From Gemmatimonadota bacterium (GTDB lineage Bacteria > Gemmatimonadota > Gemmatimonadetes > Longimicrobiales > Gaopeijiaceae): 64,000 bases of DNA. The DNA is taken from assembly GCA_034521595.1 (NCBI GenBank), contig JAXHMG010000003.1, forward strand, positions 96,001 to 160,000, given 5' to 3'. A program made the position numbers and the translations under genes. Below are positions 39,182 to 49,566 of this stretch, one piece after another (the stretch's first letter is position 1; each line of letters opens with the position of its first letter). Below the pieces are notes generated by a model that was not told where the DNA came from, did no database searches, and saw nothing but the letters and a program-made list of their open reading frames with translations.

Positions 39182-40068
39182 CGCGGCTCGTTGGGGGGCA
39201 CGATGAGGACCGGGCAGGTGGAGGCCTCCACCACCCTGCGGGAGACGCTTCCGAGCACGAGTGCGTGGCCGTGCGTGTGACCCCGGGTTCCCAGCACGAT
39301 CAAATCCGCTTCGATGCGCTCCGCCGCGAGCGCGATCTCGAGCTCCGGCCGGCCGTAGACGGCTCCGGCGGCGAAACGGTCCCCGTCGAGGCCGGCGTTG
39401 TCCGCACGTCCGCGCACCCACTTGCGCGTCCGCTCCACGATCTGGTCACGCGTCTTCCGGTATTCCTCTTCAGACGAGAACAGAGTGGTGTTCACGGAGA
39501 CGCCGGGCGGTTGAACGGCGGAGAGCACCTCCCCCGTCATGTCCTCGAAGGCTTCGGCGAGGAGGGTCGCCCACGCCAGAACTTCCGATCGGACCGGTGA
39601 TTCGTCGATCGCCACCAGCACTTGCTTCGGGCGGCCCGCTGGAGGGGCGTGGGCGATGAGGACCGGCATTGTCGCGCTCCCGAGCACCGTGGAGACGATG
39701 CTCCCGATCAGCCCTCCGGCCATCCCCTCCCGATGCGCGCCTACCACGATCAGGTCGGCTTCCTCCTCCCTCGCCAGCTCGGACAACCGGTTCCCCGGGG
39801 AGCCTTCGGCCACCACGATCCGACATCGCTCCGCTCCGACTTCGTCACGAAGGGCTTCGAGTCGTTTTTTCGCCTCCGCGCGAACCTCGCTCTCCTTCCG
39901 CTTGGCGTCGCGAACGGGGAGGAAGCGTCGCAGAGGGCTGGTCTCGACGGCATGTGCGAGCACCAACCGCGCTTCCGGGGCGAAGGTGGTCGCGGCCCAC
40001 TTGGCACCGGCAAGCGAGGGTGCCGTGAGGTCGACGCCGATGAGGACTGTTTCGAGGCGAGGGGGCAT
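39178..40068 (-). CDS. Universal stress protein (tandem USP domains)
   Basis: Two ADLIVVGA/ADLIVLGTRG..LGSV...CPVL motifs. Confidence 0.9.
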   Translation of the reverse strand: MPPRLETVLIGVDLTAPSLAGAKWAATTFAPEARLVLAHAVETSPLRRFLPVRDAKRKESEVRAEAKKRLEALRDEVGAERCRIVVAEGSPGNRLSELAREEEADLIVVGAHREGMAGGLIGSIVSTVLGSATMPVLIAHAPPAGRPKQVLVAIDESPVRSEVLAWATLLAEAFEDMTGEVLSAVQPPGVSVNTTLFSSEEEYRKTRDQIVERTRKWVRGRADNAGLDGDRFAAGAVYGRPELEIALAAERIEADLIVLGTRGHTHGHALVLGSVSRRVVEASTCPVLIVPPNEPR

Positions 40069-40292
40069 TGTCCCGTCAGTTGTCGTTCGTCGCGGGCGTC
40101 AGCGGTGTCCTGTTTACCGGTCCGCGGAGAGCGTGTTCCCGAGGCCTGGCGGAGGGTAGGGCGGTTTTCGACCCGTTGCGAGGTCCTCCATGAAGAGTCC
40201 ATGGGCGTCGCGTTGCCGTGAGGCGTTTCCCCGCCGCCTGTCGGGGGCACAAGGGAGCCGGGCCGGTCGTTGAGCCCGGGCGGAGATCCATG

Positions 40293-41150
40293 TCATGTAG
40301 CCGCACCACGCGCCTCCAACCGCTCGGCCAGGGCCGGCAGGACGGCCCCGAGGCGCGCGTCGAGCCGGCAGGCCGCCACGTCGTCGCCTCGCGTCGGGCC
40401 CTGGTTGGCGATCGCGACCGGTTTGTGCTCCTTGACGGCACGTAGAACGAACCGGCGTCCGGAGAAGACCGTCAGCGAAGAGCCGACCACCAACAGCAGC
40501 TCGCCGCGGGCGAACAGGTCCCATGTGCGTGCCAATCGGTCCTTGGGAACGTTCTCGCCGAAGAACACGACGTTCGGCTTCAAAATCCCCCCGCAGCGAG
40601 CACAGTCCGGGACCGAGAAGCCTTGCTCGGAGCCCGCCGCGAGCTCCGCGTCACCGTCGGCGACGTAACGTGAGGCCGACGCCTCGAAGCGCGGATTCAG
40701 AAGCTTCAACTGACGCTGGACATCGGTTCGGGACGTGACGTCCCCGCAGCCCATGCAGACGACCTCGTCCAGCCTCCCGTGAAGATCGACGACCGCACGG
40801 CTTCCGGCCGCTTGATGTAAGCCGTCCACGTTCTGGGTGATGACCCCCCGTACGAACCCCTTCCGCTCCAGAGCCGCGAGCGCACGGTGGGCCGCGTTCG
40901 GTCGGGAGCTGGAGAAACGAGGCCAACCGATCATGCTGCGTGCCCAGTACCGGGTCCGCTTCTCCGGAGCATTCATGAACTCCTGGAAGCGTATGGGTTG
41001 CCGGCCCTTCAGAGAGCCGTCGGGGCCGCGGTAGTCGGGAATTCCGGATTCGGTGGAACAGCCCGCGCCCGACAGCACGACGCATGGACGGGTACGAAGG
41101 AGATCCGCCAGCTCGTCGACCGTCGCCTGAGTCCGGGGCTCACTCGTCAT
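40293..41150 (-). CDS. cobB: Sir2-family NAD-dependent deacylase (class II/SIRT4-like)
   Basis: SGAGCSTESGIPDYRG, RYWARS, TQNVDGLHQ, two CxxC, LKPNVVFFGE, GSSL. Confidence 0.88.
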   Translation of the reverse strand: MTSEPRTQATVDELADLLRTRPCVVLSGAGCSTESGIPDYRGPDGSLKGRQPIRFQEFMNAPEKRTRYWARSMIGWPRFSSSRPNAAHRALAALERKGFVRGVITQNVDGLHQAAGSRAVVDLHGRLDEVVCMGCGDVTSRTDVQRQLKLLNPRFEASASRYVADGDAELAAGSEQGFSVPDCARCGGILKPNVVFFGENVPKDRLARTWDLFARGELLLVVGSSLTVFSGRRFVLRAVKEHKPVAIANQGPTRGDDVAACRLDARLGAVLPALAERLEARGAAT

Positions 41151-43105
41151 CGGGGTCCTCCGGAAGCCAACATCAGGGTGATTCCGAGGCGCCGACCCCG
41201 CCGGGGGGCGCCGATCCGGGAGGCGAGGCCCGCGTCGAACAGATCCTCGAGCCGTGCCCGCGCCATCATACCCCGGAACGGTCCGACGTTCGGAAGGGGC
41301 CCGGACAGGGAAAGCGTAACTTCGGCCCCACCCTCCTCCTCCAAGCTCGATCTCGCGCTCCGCAGCCGGGACCGCGCGGTCAGGATCCCGGCGAGGCGGA
41401 CGATTTCGTCGAGGAATACCATGCGGACGGATCCCTCGACGCCGGAGCGTTCCCGCCACCAAGCGAACGGAGAGCCCCATTCCGCGAGGCGCGCGCGGGC
41501 TTGCCCTTCGATTCTGGAAGCCAGGAAATCGCCGGCCCACTTCAGATCGACGTAGCCACCTCCTTCTCGTTCGATGGATCGGTAGGGGACGGGGACCCAG
41601 ATGGGCGTACCCCAGGTCCCCTTGGCGTCGAGTTCCAGCGAACCCGTTCCGACCGACGCTTCCGCCTCGATCACGCTACCGGGATCCGCCGTCGGCGCCG
41701 TACGGTCGCCGTCGAGCCAGCCTCGGGCCAGCAACGCGTTGTAGTCGAGCAGCTCGGGCTCGGAGCGGTAGGCCACGGTGGCATCCGCGTGCCAGCCTCT
41801 CACGGCTCCCTCTACCGAGACTCGGGCAGTGAGATCGTGGCCTGCCGCCAAGCGTGCTCGCAGGGATCCGTATGCTCCGTCCAGGCGTGCGCCGGTGATC
41901 AGGCGACTCCGGGTCAACACGTCGGATCCCAGGGCGAGCCGCTCGTGCTCCGCCCCGAGGGTCGTGCTCCGGCCGACCTCCACGGTGCCCCGCGCGTGCG
42001 AGAGCGGGTCGACGCTTCGCCCGGCGATGGGATCGAGCTGCAGGGAGCGGAAATCGAACCCCAGAGCGCCGTGTCGCATGCGGCCTTCGGCGAGGCGGAG
42101 CTCGGCCGTGCGCTCGGCTCCGAGGTGGGGCAGCCACAGGAATGCCTGTGGGTCGAAGCGGGCGTCGAGACGTGCCATGTGCGCGCTGTCCGGCTCCCAG
42201 CGAACGCCGCCGCCGAGCGAGACCGACACCGGAAAAGAGAGGCCTTCGGCGATCGGGTCGATGCGGTCTCGTGTCGAGGCGTCGGTATGGAGATCGGAGC
42301 GCCACCGCAGCCACCCCTTCCACGGGCCCTCCTCGAGCCAGGCCTGAGCTCCGAGGCCCAGCCGGTCCACGTTCGGACCCGCGCGCTCGCCGTTCCAGGG
42401 ATCGGGATCTCCTCCAGGATTCGCCGCCGTCAGAAGGATTCCCCGGCCGGTGGGCGGAGGGGAGGCGAGGGTAGGGGCGATCCGGGCTCGCGGAACGAGT
42501 GTCCAGGGGACGCCGAAGTCCGGCACGGGCTTCGGGAGCTCCATCCGGGGCGGGGGATCGGTGACGGTCGGATGGGCGAGCGACACCCGAAGGAGCCCTT
42601 CCCGCCGAACCACCCTGTAGTCCGTCCACCGCACGCCGGCTTCCGCGTACAACCGTCGTCTCCACTTCCACCCCGCCGTGAGTTCCCACTGGAGCTCCAT
42701 CTCACGGTCGTTCGTCGCACGAGCGAGCCAGACCCACTCGAATCCCAGTCCTCCGCCGAGGTGAACCCCGCCCGGGAGGCGCCGTCCGACGCGCAGGACG
42801 GGCGTCGCACGGAGCCGTACGTCCTCGTTGCCGGGGCCGAGGCCGCCGAGACCGCCGAATCGCCAACTCCCGACCCCCGTCTCCCAGCGGAGGAGCACGG
42901 ACGGGGTGCGCCCGAGCTCGAATCCGACATGCCAGGCAACGGTATCGGCGGACGCCTGCGCGCCGAGCGTGTGCGGCAGCCCGCAAATGGCGATCGCTCC
43001 GAGGATCCAGGCAACCTTCAATGGACCACTTCCGGTCGACTTCGGGCCGGGGCGTTGAATTCGGCTTCCTGCCGGGTGAGCTTCATCGACCTTCCGAGCC
43101 TCCAA
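41147..43105 (-). CDS. Hypothetical protein, possibly an outer-membrane beta-barrel
   Basis: 652-aa ORF, signal-like segment, alternating amphipathic strands; stop overlaps the sirtuin start (ATGA). Confidence 0.5.
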   Translation of the reverse strand: MEARKVDEAHPAGSRIQRPGPKSTGSGPLKVAWILGAIAICGLPHTLGAQASADTVAWHVGFELGRTPSVLLRWETGVGSWRFGGLGGLGPGNEDVRLRATPVLRVGRRLPGGVHLGGGLGFEWVWLARATNDREMELQWELTAGWKWRRRLYAEAGVRWTDYRVVRREGLLRVSLAHPTVTDPPPRMELPKPVPDFGVPWTLVPRARIAPTLASPPPTGRGILLTAANPGGDPDPWNGERAGPNVDRLGLGAQAWLEEGPWKGWLRWRSDLHTDASTRDRIDPIAEGLSFPVSVSLGGGVRWEPDSAHMARLDARFDPQAFLWLPHLGAERTAELRLAEGRMRHGALGFDFRSLQLDPIAGRSVDPLSHARGTVEVGRSTTLGAEHERLALGSDVLTRSRLITGARLDGAYGSLRARLAAGHDLTARVSVEGAVRGWHADATVAYRSEPELLDYNALLARGWLDGDRTAPTADPGSVIEAEASVGTGSLELDAKGTWGTPIWVPVPYRSIEREGGGYVDLKWAGDFLASRIEGQARARLAEWGSPFAWWRERSGVEGSVRMVFLDEIVRLAGILTARSRLRSARSSLEEEGGAEVTLSLSGPLPNVGPFRGMMARARLEDLFDAGLASRIGAPRRGRRLGITLMLASGGPR

Positions 43106-43128
43106 CGTAGGATCACGAGAGCCAGCCC

Positions 43129-44433
43129 ATGCGTCGCAATATCCTGCACGTCGGTGCAGCCAATCTGAAGTACGAGATTCGGGAGATCGTCGCCGCGGCT
43201 CACGAGATCCAGTCGCTGGGTCGCGAGATCACCTGGGAAAACATCGGCGATCCAGTGCACAAGGGGGAGGTCCCCCCGAGATGGATTCGGGACATCGTCT
43301 CGGACCTGGTCCACGGGAGTGAATCGTGGGGATACTGCGACACGCAGGGTGTCCCCGCGGTGCGGGAGTTTCTGGCGGACGAGGTGAACGCCCGCGGCGG
43401 TGTCCAGGTGACCGCGGACGACATCATGTTCTTCAACGGGCTCGGCGACGCGATCGCCAAGGTATACGGCTTCATGCGGCGCGAAGCTCGCATTCTCGGG
43501 CCGTCTCCCGCGTACAGCACCCACTCGTCGGCCGAAGCCGCGCATTCGGGCTACAACCACGTCACCTACGAGCTCGATCCCGCCACCGGTTGGATGCCCG
43601 ACGTCGAAGACATCCGGAACAAGGTGCGGTACAACGACTCGATCGCGGGAATCTTGCTCCTCTCGCCCGACAACCCCACCGGGGCCGTCTATCCTCGAGA
43701 GACGCTCGAAGAGATCGCCGAAATCGCCGCGGAGCACGACATCTTCATCATCGCGGACGAGATCTATGCGAATATCGTGTATAACGGGCAGCCCGTGCTG
43801 CACATGAGCGAGTGGATCGGGGACGTGCCGGCGCTCGCCATGCGCGGCATCAGCAAGGAGTATCCGTGGCCCGGGGCGCGTTGTGGTTGGCTCGAGGTCT
43901 TGAACAAGCCCAAGGATCGGAGCTTCGCGCGTTACGTCGACAGCCTGTTGGCCGCGAAGCGGTTGGAGGTGTCTTCGACCACCCTTCCGCAGCTCTCCAT
44001 CCCCCCCGTGATGGGGGACGCCCGCTACCAGGACCACCTGGAGGGGCGCCGTCGTATGTTCGCGGAGCGTGCCGACGAGATGATGGCGGCCTTCGAGGGG
44101 TGCGAGCACGTGACGGTGAACAAGCCGGGTGGCGCGTTCTACTTCACGGTCATGTTCGATGAGGGAGCGTTGAACGGTTCCCAGACGCTGCCTATCGAAG
44201 ATCCCGAGATCCGAGCCGCGGTGGAGCGCATGGTCGAGGGCGTCGAGCCCGACAAGCGCTTCGTGTACTACCTGATGGGAGCCACGGGAATCGTGGTCGT
44301 GCCCTTGACCGGCTTTCAAAGCAACCACCGGGGGTTCCGCGCGACCCTTCTGGAAACCGACGACGAGAAGCGGGCCTGGGTCTACCGGTCCCTTCGGGAA
44401 GCGATCGATACCTACGTGTCGAGTGGAGCATAG
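43129..44433 (+). CDS. PLP-dependent aminotransferase class I/II (AlaA-like)
   Basis: YEIR, ENIGDP, SPDNPTGAVY, ADEIY, GISKEYPWPGARCGW. Confidence 0.88.
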   Translation: MRRNILHVGAANLKYEIREIVAAAHEIQSLGREITWENIGDPVHKGEVPPRWIRDIVSDLVHGSESWGYCDTQGVPAVREFLADEVNARGGVQVTADDIMFFNGLGDAIAKVYGFMRREARILGPSPAYSTHSSAEAAHSGYNHVTYELDPATGWMPDVEDIRNKVRYNDSIAGILLLSPDNPTGAVYPRETLEEIAEIAAEHDIFIIADEIYANIVYNGQPVLHMSEWIGDVPALAMRGISKEYPWPGARCGWLEVLNKPKDRSFARYVDSLLAAKRLEVSSTTLPQLSIPPVMGDARYQDHLEGRRRMFAERADEMMAAFEGCEHVTVNKPGGAFYFTVMFDEGALNGSQTLPIEDPEIRAAVERMVEGVEPDKRFVYYLMGATGIVVVPLTGFQSNHRGFRATLLETDDEKRAWVYRSLREAIDTYVSSGA

Positions 44434-44450
44434 ACCGACGGTCGTCGCGC

Positions 44451-44897
44451 TCAGCGTTCCTGGGCGATCGTGAGCTTGAATCCGTCCGGATCGACCACCG
44501 TGAACGCGCGCGCCCCCCACGGCATGTCGGCCGGGCCCTCGTGGAGATCACCGCCGCGTTCCCGGACATTCGCGGCCAGACGGTCGATGTCTTGAGCGGT
44601 GCTGACGTGGAGGCGCATGCCCTGGCCCTTGATCCGGCCCGTTCCCTGCTCGCCGTCGTCCTGGGTCAGAAGGAGCGTGACGGAACCCGCGACCAGCGCT
44701 GCGCCCACGCGTCGTCCTTCGTGCTCCCATATCTCGTCCACGACGCAGCCGAGAATGTCCTTGTAGAACTTCAAGCTTTCATTGATGTCGTCGACCGTCA
44801 GTGAAGGCGTGACTCGCCGAAGTCGAAGCGTCTCGGGAGTGCTCCGTCGCGGCTGATCCTCTGTCGGGGTCTCGTCTGAGCTCATCTTCACCTCCAT
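44451..44897 (-). CDS. VOC/glyoxalase-family protein
   Basis: PSLTVDDINESLKFYKDILG, MPWGARAFTVVDPDG. Confidence 0.85.
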   Translation of the reverse strand: MEVKMSSDETPTEDQPRRSTPETLRLRRVTPSLTVDDINESLKFYKDILGCVVDEIWEHEGRRVGAALVAGSVTLLLTQDDGEQGTGRIKGQGMRLHVSTAQDIDRLAANVRERGGDLHEGPADMPWGARAFTVVDPDGFKLTIAQER

Positions 44898-44976
44898 CGT
44901 TGCAGCGGGTGGCGCGAAGGACGCGTCAGGGCAAGATAGGGCGGATAGCGGTTTGTCGCGCGCCCCCGCTCGCGCC

Positions 44977-45543
44977 TCAGTGGCTCGACGAGCCTCCGTC
45001 GGGACGATGAGACCAGTGGATGAACCCGACCATGGCTATGGACGTAGCCAAATTCCCCACCGCGATCCAAGGGAAACCGACCACGGCCACTACCCCCGGG
45101 GATAGCGTCAGGCCGCCGATCGCGAATCCTCCCGTGAGCACCGCGAAGGTGAACGCTACGAGAAAGACCGGCTTGCGTGTGTACGCTCCGAGGGCGCGGT
45201 AGAGCCAAGCCAACCCGGCCCCGGTCGCGAGGAAGGCGAGGAAGTGGATGATGGTGAAGTATGCCACCATGTTCAGCTGAATCTCCGCAGCCGCGGAGGC
45301 CGATGCATCCGTGAACACTACGGTACCGATCAGCGACGGGGTGAAGAGTGGCTGGCGCGCCAGGGAATCGACCCCCAGGAAGAAGATGGCCAACAGGCTG
45401 CCGCCGATGGCCGCACTGTAGAAGGTATCGTAAAGGAAGTCCGCCGTGGATCCACCTTGGCTGGTCGTAGGGGCGGGGCGCGTGGGGCCCGCGCCCGTGT
45501 TGGCCGCTGCTTCCGTCATGCGATCTCTCCGTTCCTTGTCCAA
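44977..45543 (-). CDS. Hypothetical membrane protein (~4 TM)
   Basis: Four hydrophobic segments; PLFTPSLIG, YFTIIHF. Confidence 0.65.
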   Translation of the reverse strand: MDKERRDRMTEAAANTGAGPTRPAPTTSQGGSTADFLYDTFYSAAIGGSLLAIFFLGVDSLARQPLFTPSLIGTVVFTDASASAAAEIQLNMVAYFTIIHFLAFLATGAGLAWLYRALGAYTRKPVFLVAFTFAVLTGGFAIGGLTLSPGVVAVVGFPWIAVGNLATSIAMVGFIHWSHRPDGGSSSH

Positions 45544-45628
45544 TGGCTGTCGACCTCGCCTACCATACCCGCTAAGGCTCTCCTGTTGTTCCGGAGCGCG
45601 CGAGTGCTACGGGCTTCCGCGGGGCCGG

Positions 45629-46669
45629 CTACGTTCCGAATCCGGCTTCGCGGCGGACCCGGGGCGCGACCTCCGTGCCGAGCAACTCGATCGCTCGGAG
45701 CACCTGGTCGTGGGGCAGGGTGCCCACCGTCAGTTGGAGCAAGCAGCGGTCGTGTCCGAAGAGCTCGCGCTGGAAGAGGATCTTCTCCACGATCTGATCC
45801 GGAGCCCCGACGAAGTTGGCACCCCTCAGTCGGGCCTCCGCCTCGAACTGGGCGCGGGTGGGTGGGGGCCAGCCGCGCTCACGTCCGATCCGCCCCATGG
45901 TGTCTTCGAACGCGGGGAAGGCCAACTCCATCGCGTCGTCTGCTTCGTCCGCGATGAATCCGTGCGCGTTGATGCTCACCGGGAGTGACGCGGCGTCGTG
46001 ACCGGCTCGGTCGGCTGCCTCGCGGTACAACTCCACCATCGGACGAAAGCGCTCCGGCGCGCCCCCGATGATGGCTAGCGCCATGGGAAGGCCGAGGGTT
46101 CCGGCCCGGATCACGGATTGCGGGTTGCCGCCGACGGCGATCCACACGGGCAGGGGCCGTTGCTCCGGCTGCGGGTACACGGCGCGGTCGGGGATGGAGG
46201 GGCGGAAGTGCCCCTGCCAGCTGATGCGTTCCTCGTCGCGGAGCCGCATCAGGAGGTCGAGCTTTTCCCCGAAGAGCGCGTCATAGTCTCCCAGGTCGTA
46301 TCCGAACAGCGGAAACGACTCGGTGAACGATCCTCTCCCCACCATGATCTCCGCACGGCCCGACGACAGCAGGTCGAGCGTGCTGAATTGCTGGAAGACC
46401 CGCACCGGGTCGTCCGAGCTGAGCACCGAGACGGCGCTCGTGAGCCGGATGTGGTGTGTCTTCGCCGCCGCGGCCGCTAGCACCACCGACGGCGCGGAGA
46501 CCGCGTAGTCGGGCCGGTGGTGCTCTCCGACACCGAAGACGTCGAGTCCGACCTGGTCGGCGAGCTCGATCTCCTCGACGAGATGGCGGAGCCGGGTGCC
46601 CGGGTCGAGCTGACGGCCCGTCTCGGGATCGAAGGCGGTCTCGCCGAAGCTGTAGATGCCGATTTCCAT
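45629..46669 (-). CDS. LLM-class flavin-dependent oxidoreductase
   Basis: [40 protein letters not shown]. Confidence 0.9.
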   Translation of the reverse strand: MEIGIYSFGETAFDPETGRQLDPGTRLRHLVEEIELADQVGLDVFGVGEHHRPDYAVSAPSVVLAAAAAKTHHIRLTSAVSVLSSDDPVRVFQQFSTLDLLSSGRAEIMVGRGSFTESFPLFGYDLGDYDALFGEKLDLLMRLRDEERISWQGHFRPSIPDRAVYPQPEQRPLPVWIAVGGNPQSVIRAGTLGLPMALAIIGGAPERFRPMVELYREAADRAGHDAASLPVSINAHGFIADEADDAMELAFPAFEDTMGRIGRERGWPPPTRAQFEAEARLRGANFVGAPDQIVEKILFQRELFGHDRCLLQLTVGTLPHDQVLRAIELLGTEVAPRVRREAGFGT

Positions 46670-47092
46670 GGGTGTGGTGCTCTAGTCTCCTACGGCCAGG
46701 GTGGGGGGAGCACCTAACGGTGCCCACTGGCGGCTCGACCATCGTCCGCAAAGATGACACTCGTCATGGCCGGTTAGTGCACACTGTACATCCGATGCTC
46801 CTCGTTCGGAGCCCCGGCCGATCCAACCGGTGTTCTCCGCGGGCGTCCCTGACCGTGGGCAGGTCCGTCCCATCTCGGTGATCCGAACGGCCTCTCCGGG
46901 CTCGACGCGCACGGGCGTACTCGCCCAGGATGTCGAAGATCATTGCGGTCTCGCCAGTCGCTGGATCCAGGCGCCCGGAACCCTCGTTGCGTGCGGGAGT
47001 AGCTTGTTCCACGACGGACATTAGGCTCCGGCCCCTCCCACTGGTTGGCGAGCTCGGCCGTTCAACGGATTCCAACTCAGGACGATCGATCT

Positions 47093-47587
47093 ATGGCGAG
47101 GACATCTCTCGTGCCCGGGGCGCTGATGACCCTGGCGTTCCTTGCGGCGTGCTCTTCGGGGACACAGGCGCCCGCCGAGTCTCCCGAGCCCGCTCCCGCG
47201 GAAGAGCCCGCCGAGACTGCGGCGGCCGATCCGGCGCCCGAGGAGGAGACCGACGAAGAGCCCACTACGCTCGACGGCGTCTATACGGTGGCGCAGGCGG
47301 AGCGAGGCGAGGAAGTCTACGAAGAGCTCTGCTCCGAGTGTCACGATAGCGAGGATTGGACCGAGGGGGCGTTCCTGGGCCGTTGGGCCGATCAGTCGAC
47401 GTTCCAACTATGGTACTATATCAACGACCGGATGCCCTACGACAATCCGTGGAGCCTCTCGCGGCAGCAGGTGACGGATGTCCTCACGTATATCTTGCAC
47501 CTCAACGATCTCCCGACGGGAGAGGACGAGCTCGGCACGACCGACGACGACATCGATCAATATTGGATCGTGTGGGACCGTCAATGA
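47093..47587 (+). CDS. c-type cytochrome lipoprotein
   Basis: Lipobox LAAC; DGVYT.AQAERG..VY...CSECH; distal Met in RMPYDNP. Confidence 0.85.
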   Translation: MARTSLVPGALMTLAFLAACSSGTQAPAESPEPAPAEEPAETAAADPAPEEETDEEPTTLDGVYTVAQAERGEEVYEELCSECHDSEDWTEGAFLGRWADQSTFQLWYYINDRMPYDNPWSLSRQQVTDVLTYILHLNDLPTGEDELGTTDDDIDQYWIVWDRQ

Positions 47588-47611
47588 TGACCGAGGCCTC
47601 CCGAGACGCTC

Positions 47612-48750
<1,139 letters not shown>

Positions 48751-48754
<4 letters not shown>

Positions 48755-49269
48755 TCGAGCTCGGCCGTCATCGAGGCGTCGGCCTGTTCGCGATGGTACG
48801 TCGCGAGGTGGTCGCGTAGCGCGGGATCGTGCGTCGCGAGGATTCGGACCGCGAGCAGTGCCGCGTTGCGGGCTCCTGATTCCCCGATCGCGAGGGTGCC
48901 TACGGGCACGCCTCCGGGCATCTGGACGATCGAGTAGAGGGAGTCCACGCCCTTGAGCTTTCGGCTCTCGACCGGGACGCCGAGCACGGGGAGGAGGGTC
49001 CACGCCGCGAGCATTCCCGGAAGGTGCGCGGCGCCTCCCGCGCCAGCGATGATGATTTCGAGTCCGCGGTCCGCCGCGCTTTCGGCATAGGCGCGTAAGC
49101 GGTCGGGCGTGCGGTGTGCCGAGACGACTCCGTACTCGTGCGGCACGCCGAACGAGCGGAGGACGTCCGTCGTGGCACGCATGGTCGGCCAGTCGGATGC
49201 GCTGCCGAAGACGACGCCGATTTTGGGGCTCGGGTCGCCGTGGAGGTGGGGAATTCCCGCGCCTGCCAT
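48751..49269 (-). CDS. purE: N5-CAIR mutase
   Basis: [33 protein letters not shown]. Confidence 0.95.
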
Positions 49270-49566
49270 GGTGATGTCCTTTGCGGAAGGTCTCGAGCTC
49301 GCCCGCCGCCGGTCGAGCCCGGGGAGATGCGCCCGGATCGAGTTTCATCGGCCCGTGGCGTTTTCGAGGACGATCTCCGGTCCTCCAGCCACGGGCGGTG
49401 AACCGAGGAAGAATGATAACCCGGTGGCCGCGTGCACACCCCCCCGGGCCGCTCGGCCTCGGATGAGCGTGCCGCTCGCCTTTGCGCGATGGCTCGAGCG
49501 GCTAGCTTTGTCTCCCTCGCAGCCATCCCCGACCCGGTATGCCGGGCCGTCAGACATACCAGATCC

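Noticed and set aside
40293-41150. Sir2 as an anti-phage defence effector
   Set aside because: It is a Zn-finger-containing class II housekeeping sirtuin with no ThsB, HerA or pAgo partner
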